64,000 nt of DNA from Ylistrum balloti (lineage: Eukaryota). The notes below the pieces were generated by a model that worked only from the letters and a program-made list of their open reading frames with translations, searched no databases and had not been told where the DNA came from. Shown here one piece after another: positions 61,939-64,000 of this stretch. Each line of letters starts with the position of its first letter. Position 1 is the stretch's first letter. The DNA lies in contig NW_026782953.1 of the NCBI RefSeq assembly GCF_031769215.1, forward strand, positions 62,001 to 126,000, given 5' to 3'. A program made the translations under genes and the position numbers.

Positions 61939-63878
61939 ATGGTAAATTTCTGGTCAAGAAAAGCTTTAATACGCATCACAGCAGCTGCTATCATAGTTTG
62001 CCTTTTATGGACTATGATGTTGATGTTTTACAATATTGGCAGCAAGGAAAAAAGAACACTGGGAAAACAACTAGAAAAAATCAAAATCCCTTTTGAAAAC
62101 AAGGACATACTGGCGGCATTAAGAAAAGAGGTTGATGAACAGTTAGAAAAAATCAAAGGGTCTGAATTGGAGAAAAACAAAACTTTGACTTTCCCAGGGA
62201 AAAAAAGTTATTCGAATTCGAGACAGAAAACAAATTTGAATAAACCAAAACAACACATTGATGTGATCAAGGATATTAACTATAATGTTCATATATTTTA
62301 TTATCCATGGTATGGAAATCCAATGATTGATGGGAAATATTTACACTGGAATCATCCATTTTTGCCTCATTGGAACCAAAATGAAGCCAAGAAATGGCCT
62401 TCTGGACGCCATTCTCCGCCAGATGACATTGGAGCAAACTTTTATCCACAACTTGGGCCCTACAGCTCTAAAGATCCAGAAGTTGTGAGGAAACATGTAC
62501 AGGACATGAAATATGCTGGTATAGGTAATGTAGATTCTGGTTCTTGTCTACTTTATCAGTTGTCAGTAAAATACTGTTTCACTTTTAGGATAGAAATTCT
62601 TATAACATGAGCAGTAGAAGATTTGAGTGTGACTTTTCCATGACTACATGGTTGCCTTTATCAGACAAATGACCAGTGTGAAGTGTACTACTACTGATGT
62701 GTGTATGAGATGGTAAGGAATCTACCAATTTTTTCAGCTTTACTATAATCCTTTGTACACAAAGGTCAAAAACAGTGTGACGAGATGGTAAACAGATTAC
62801 AGACCAGAAAATACACAAGATTATAACAATGTACTGAAGTTTAACATGTGGTCATACATGTGCAAGAGTCTTAAAAACAACCCTACCCAAAAGTTCAAAA
62901 AGTGCCACTGTGCCTGGTAACAATCTTATCAAAACTAGGGCAAGAAAATAAGATCACCAAATCACAATATGGACAAAAATTCACTCCAATGTCATGTCAT
63001 ACAATGTCATGTCATACAATGTCATGTCATACATGACATACGTCAGTCCTAATATGCTTAGCACTGGTCATTTTTCTGGTGAAGGTGACCTTGTAGTCAT
63101 TTTATTCTATTGGTGTTACCAACCTGAAGAAATTATTTAAAAAAAAAAAAAAAACAGTTTAACTTATATCTTGGAAATTTCAGAATTTGAAAAAGATATG
63201 CAAAGTTTGAAAGTGCTAAGTGAAAAGAAGGCAGTAAACTTTATAGCACCAAATAAATTGATGTTATGAAATGTCTTCTATATGGCTGATAGCCTCTCTT
63301 TAGTTGGAGGGTAATTTATAAGGTTTTTGAAACCTTTAGGTTATGCTGACACTAAGAAATATTAATTGCACATGAATACTTTCATTATAGAATATTTTTT
63401 GTACCATGTAAGTAGATGTATTTTTAGCCCTCTGTCATACATGATGAACTGTTCAAGTCATGTCTTTTTTAGTGTACTTTCACTGTCAGGTGCCTTTCAG
63501 TCTAGCTTCGAACAACTTATTTTATTGCTGATTTTTTTAGAAGTTCTGGATAGACTTTTCTCAAATATCATATGTAGGTTCCTTTTAGTTCTTAGAAGAA
63601 CCTTGTTTAATTTCCGGAAAAATGACTAACAGGTGGCCATCTTGGATTTCGACTGAAAGTTTGGTATTGCTGTATTGAAAATAAGTGGGCTGATGTTTCA
63701 TGCAGTCATCAATGTACCTTTCAATCCTTTTAAATCCTGTCCTTTTTTCTCCGTATGGTTATCTTTAGGTGTAATGGCTGTGTCATGGTACCCCCCAGGT
63801 GATGCAGATTCTGAGGGCGAGGAGCCTGATAATCTCATGCCAATGATCATGGATATAGCAGAAGAACAGGGCATTAAG
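61939..63878 (+). CDS. MANEA: Glycoprotein endo-alpha-1,2-mannosidase (GH99), 5' part; the gene continues beyond the window
   Basis: join(61939..62524,63769..63878). Type II TM anchor; HIFYYPWYGNP.DGKYLHWNH, HSPPDDIGANFYPQLGPYSSKDP, AGIG|VMAVSWYPP. MANEA versus MANEAL cannot be distinguished. Confidence 0.95.
62590..63131. mobile_element. Fold-back / long-TIR repeat in the MANEA intron
   Basis: 62640-62697 (ATGACTACATGGTTGCCTTTATCAGACAAATGACCAGTGTGAAG...) and 63041-63100 are reverse-complementary, and both match the arm at 979-1040. Confidence 0.6.
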
Positions 63879-64000
63879 GTAAGTCATGTACCTAAGTACA
63901 TATAAGTGTTTTCTACTTATTGTTAATATGCACTTATCTATAAAAATATCATATCAAGTGTTTATTTTAGCCCTGGGGCCATGCATTTACATAATGTACA

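Noticed and set aside
1-64000. CRISPR arrays, tRNA or rRNA genes
   Set aside because: The arrays have no unique spacers and the DNA is eukaryotic; no cloverleaf or rRNA signature was seen.

Overview
AT-rich eukaryotic genomic DNA with spliceosomal introns; the proteins and repeat landscape suggest a bivalve mollusc, possibly a scallop (inference). Five protein-coding loci can be built by hand with in-phase GT-AG junctions: (1) a 6-exon ZC3H12/Regnase-family PIN/NYN ribonuclease on the minus strand (~1258 aa) that unexpectedly carries an N4BP1/KHNYN-like degenerate di-KH N-terminus; (2) an intronless 553-aa orphan ORF (minus); (3) a 4-exon cytosolic Cu/Zn superoxide dismutase SOD1 (plus, 155 aa); (4) a 17-exon SCAF4/SCAF8 pro-ortholog (minus, ~1370 aa), tail-to-tail with SOD1 as I recall for human chr21, ending in three EEGE[IV] motifs; (5) the first two coding exons of MANEA (GH99, plus), head-to-head with SCAF4/8. 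The first ~32 kb holds at least six unrelated tandem arrays, a 490-bp MITE with a 5-bp TSD inserted in one of them, an internally deleted mariner, a decayed CR1-like LINE and a fold-back repeat also found in the MANEA intron. Most short and repeat-derived ORFs in the supplied track are spurious. All comparisons with known families are from memory; no searches were run.
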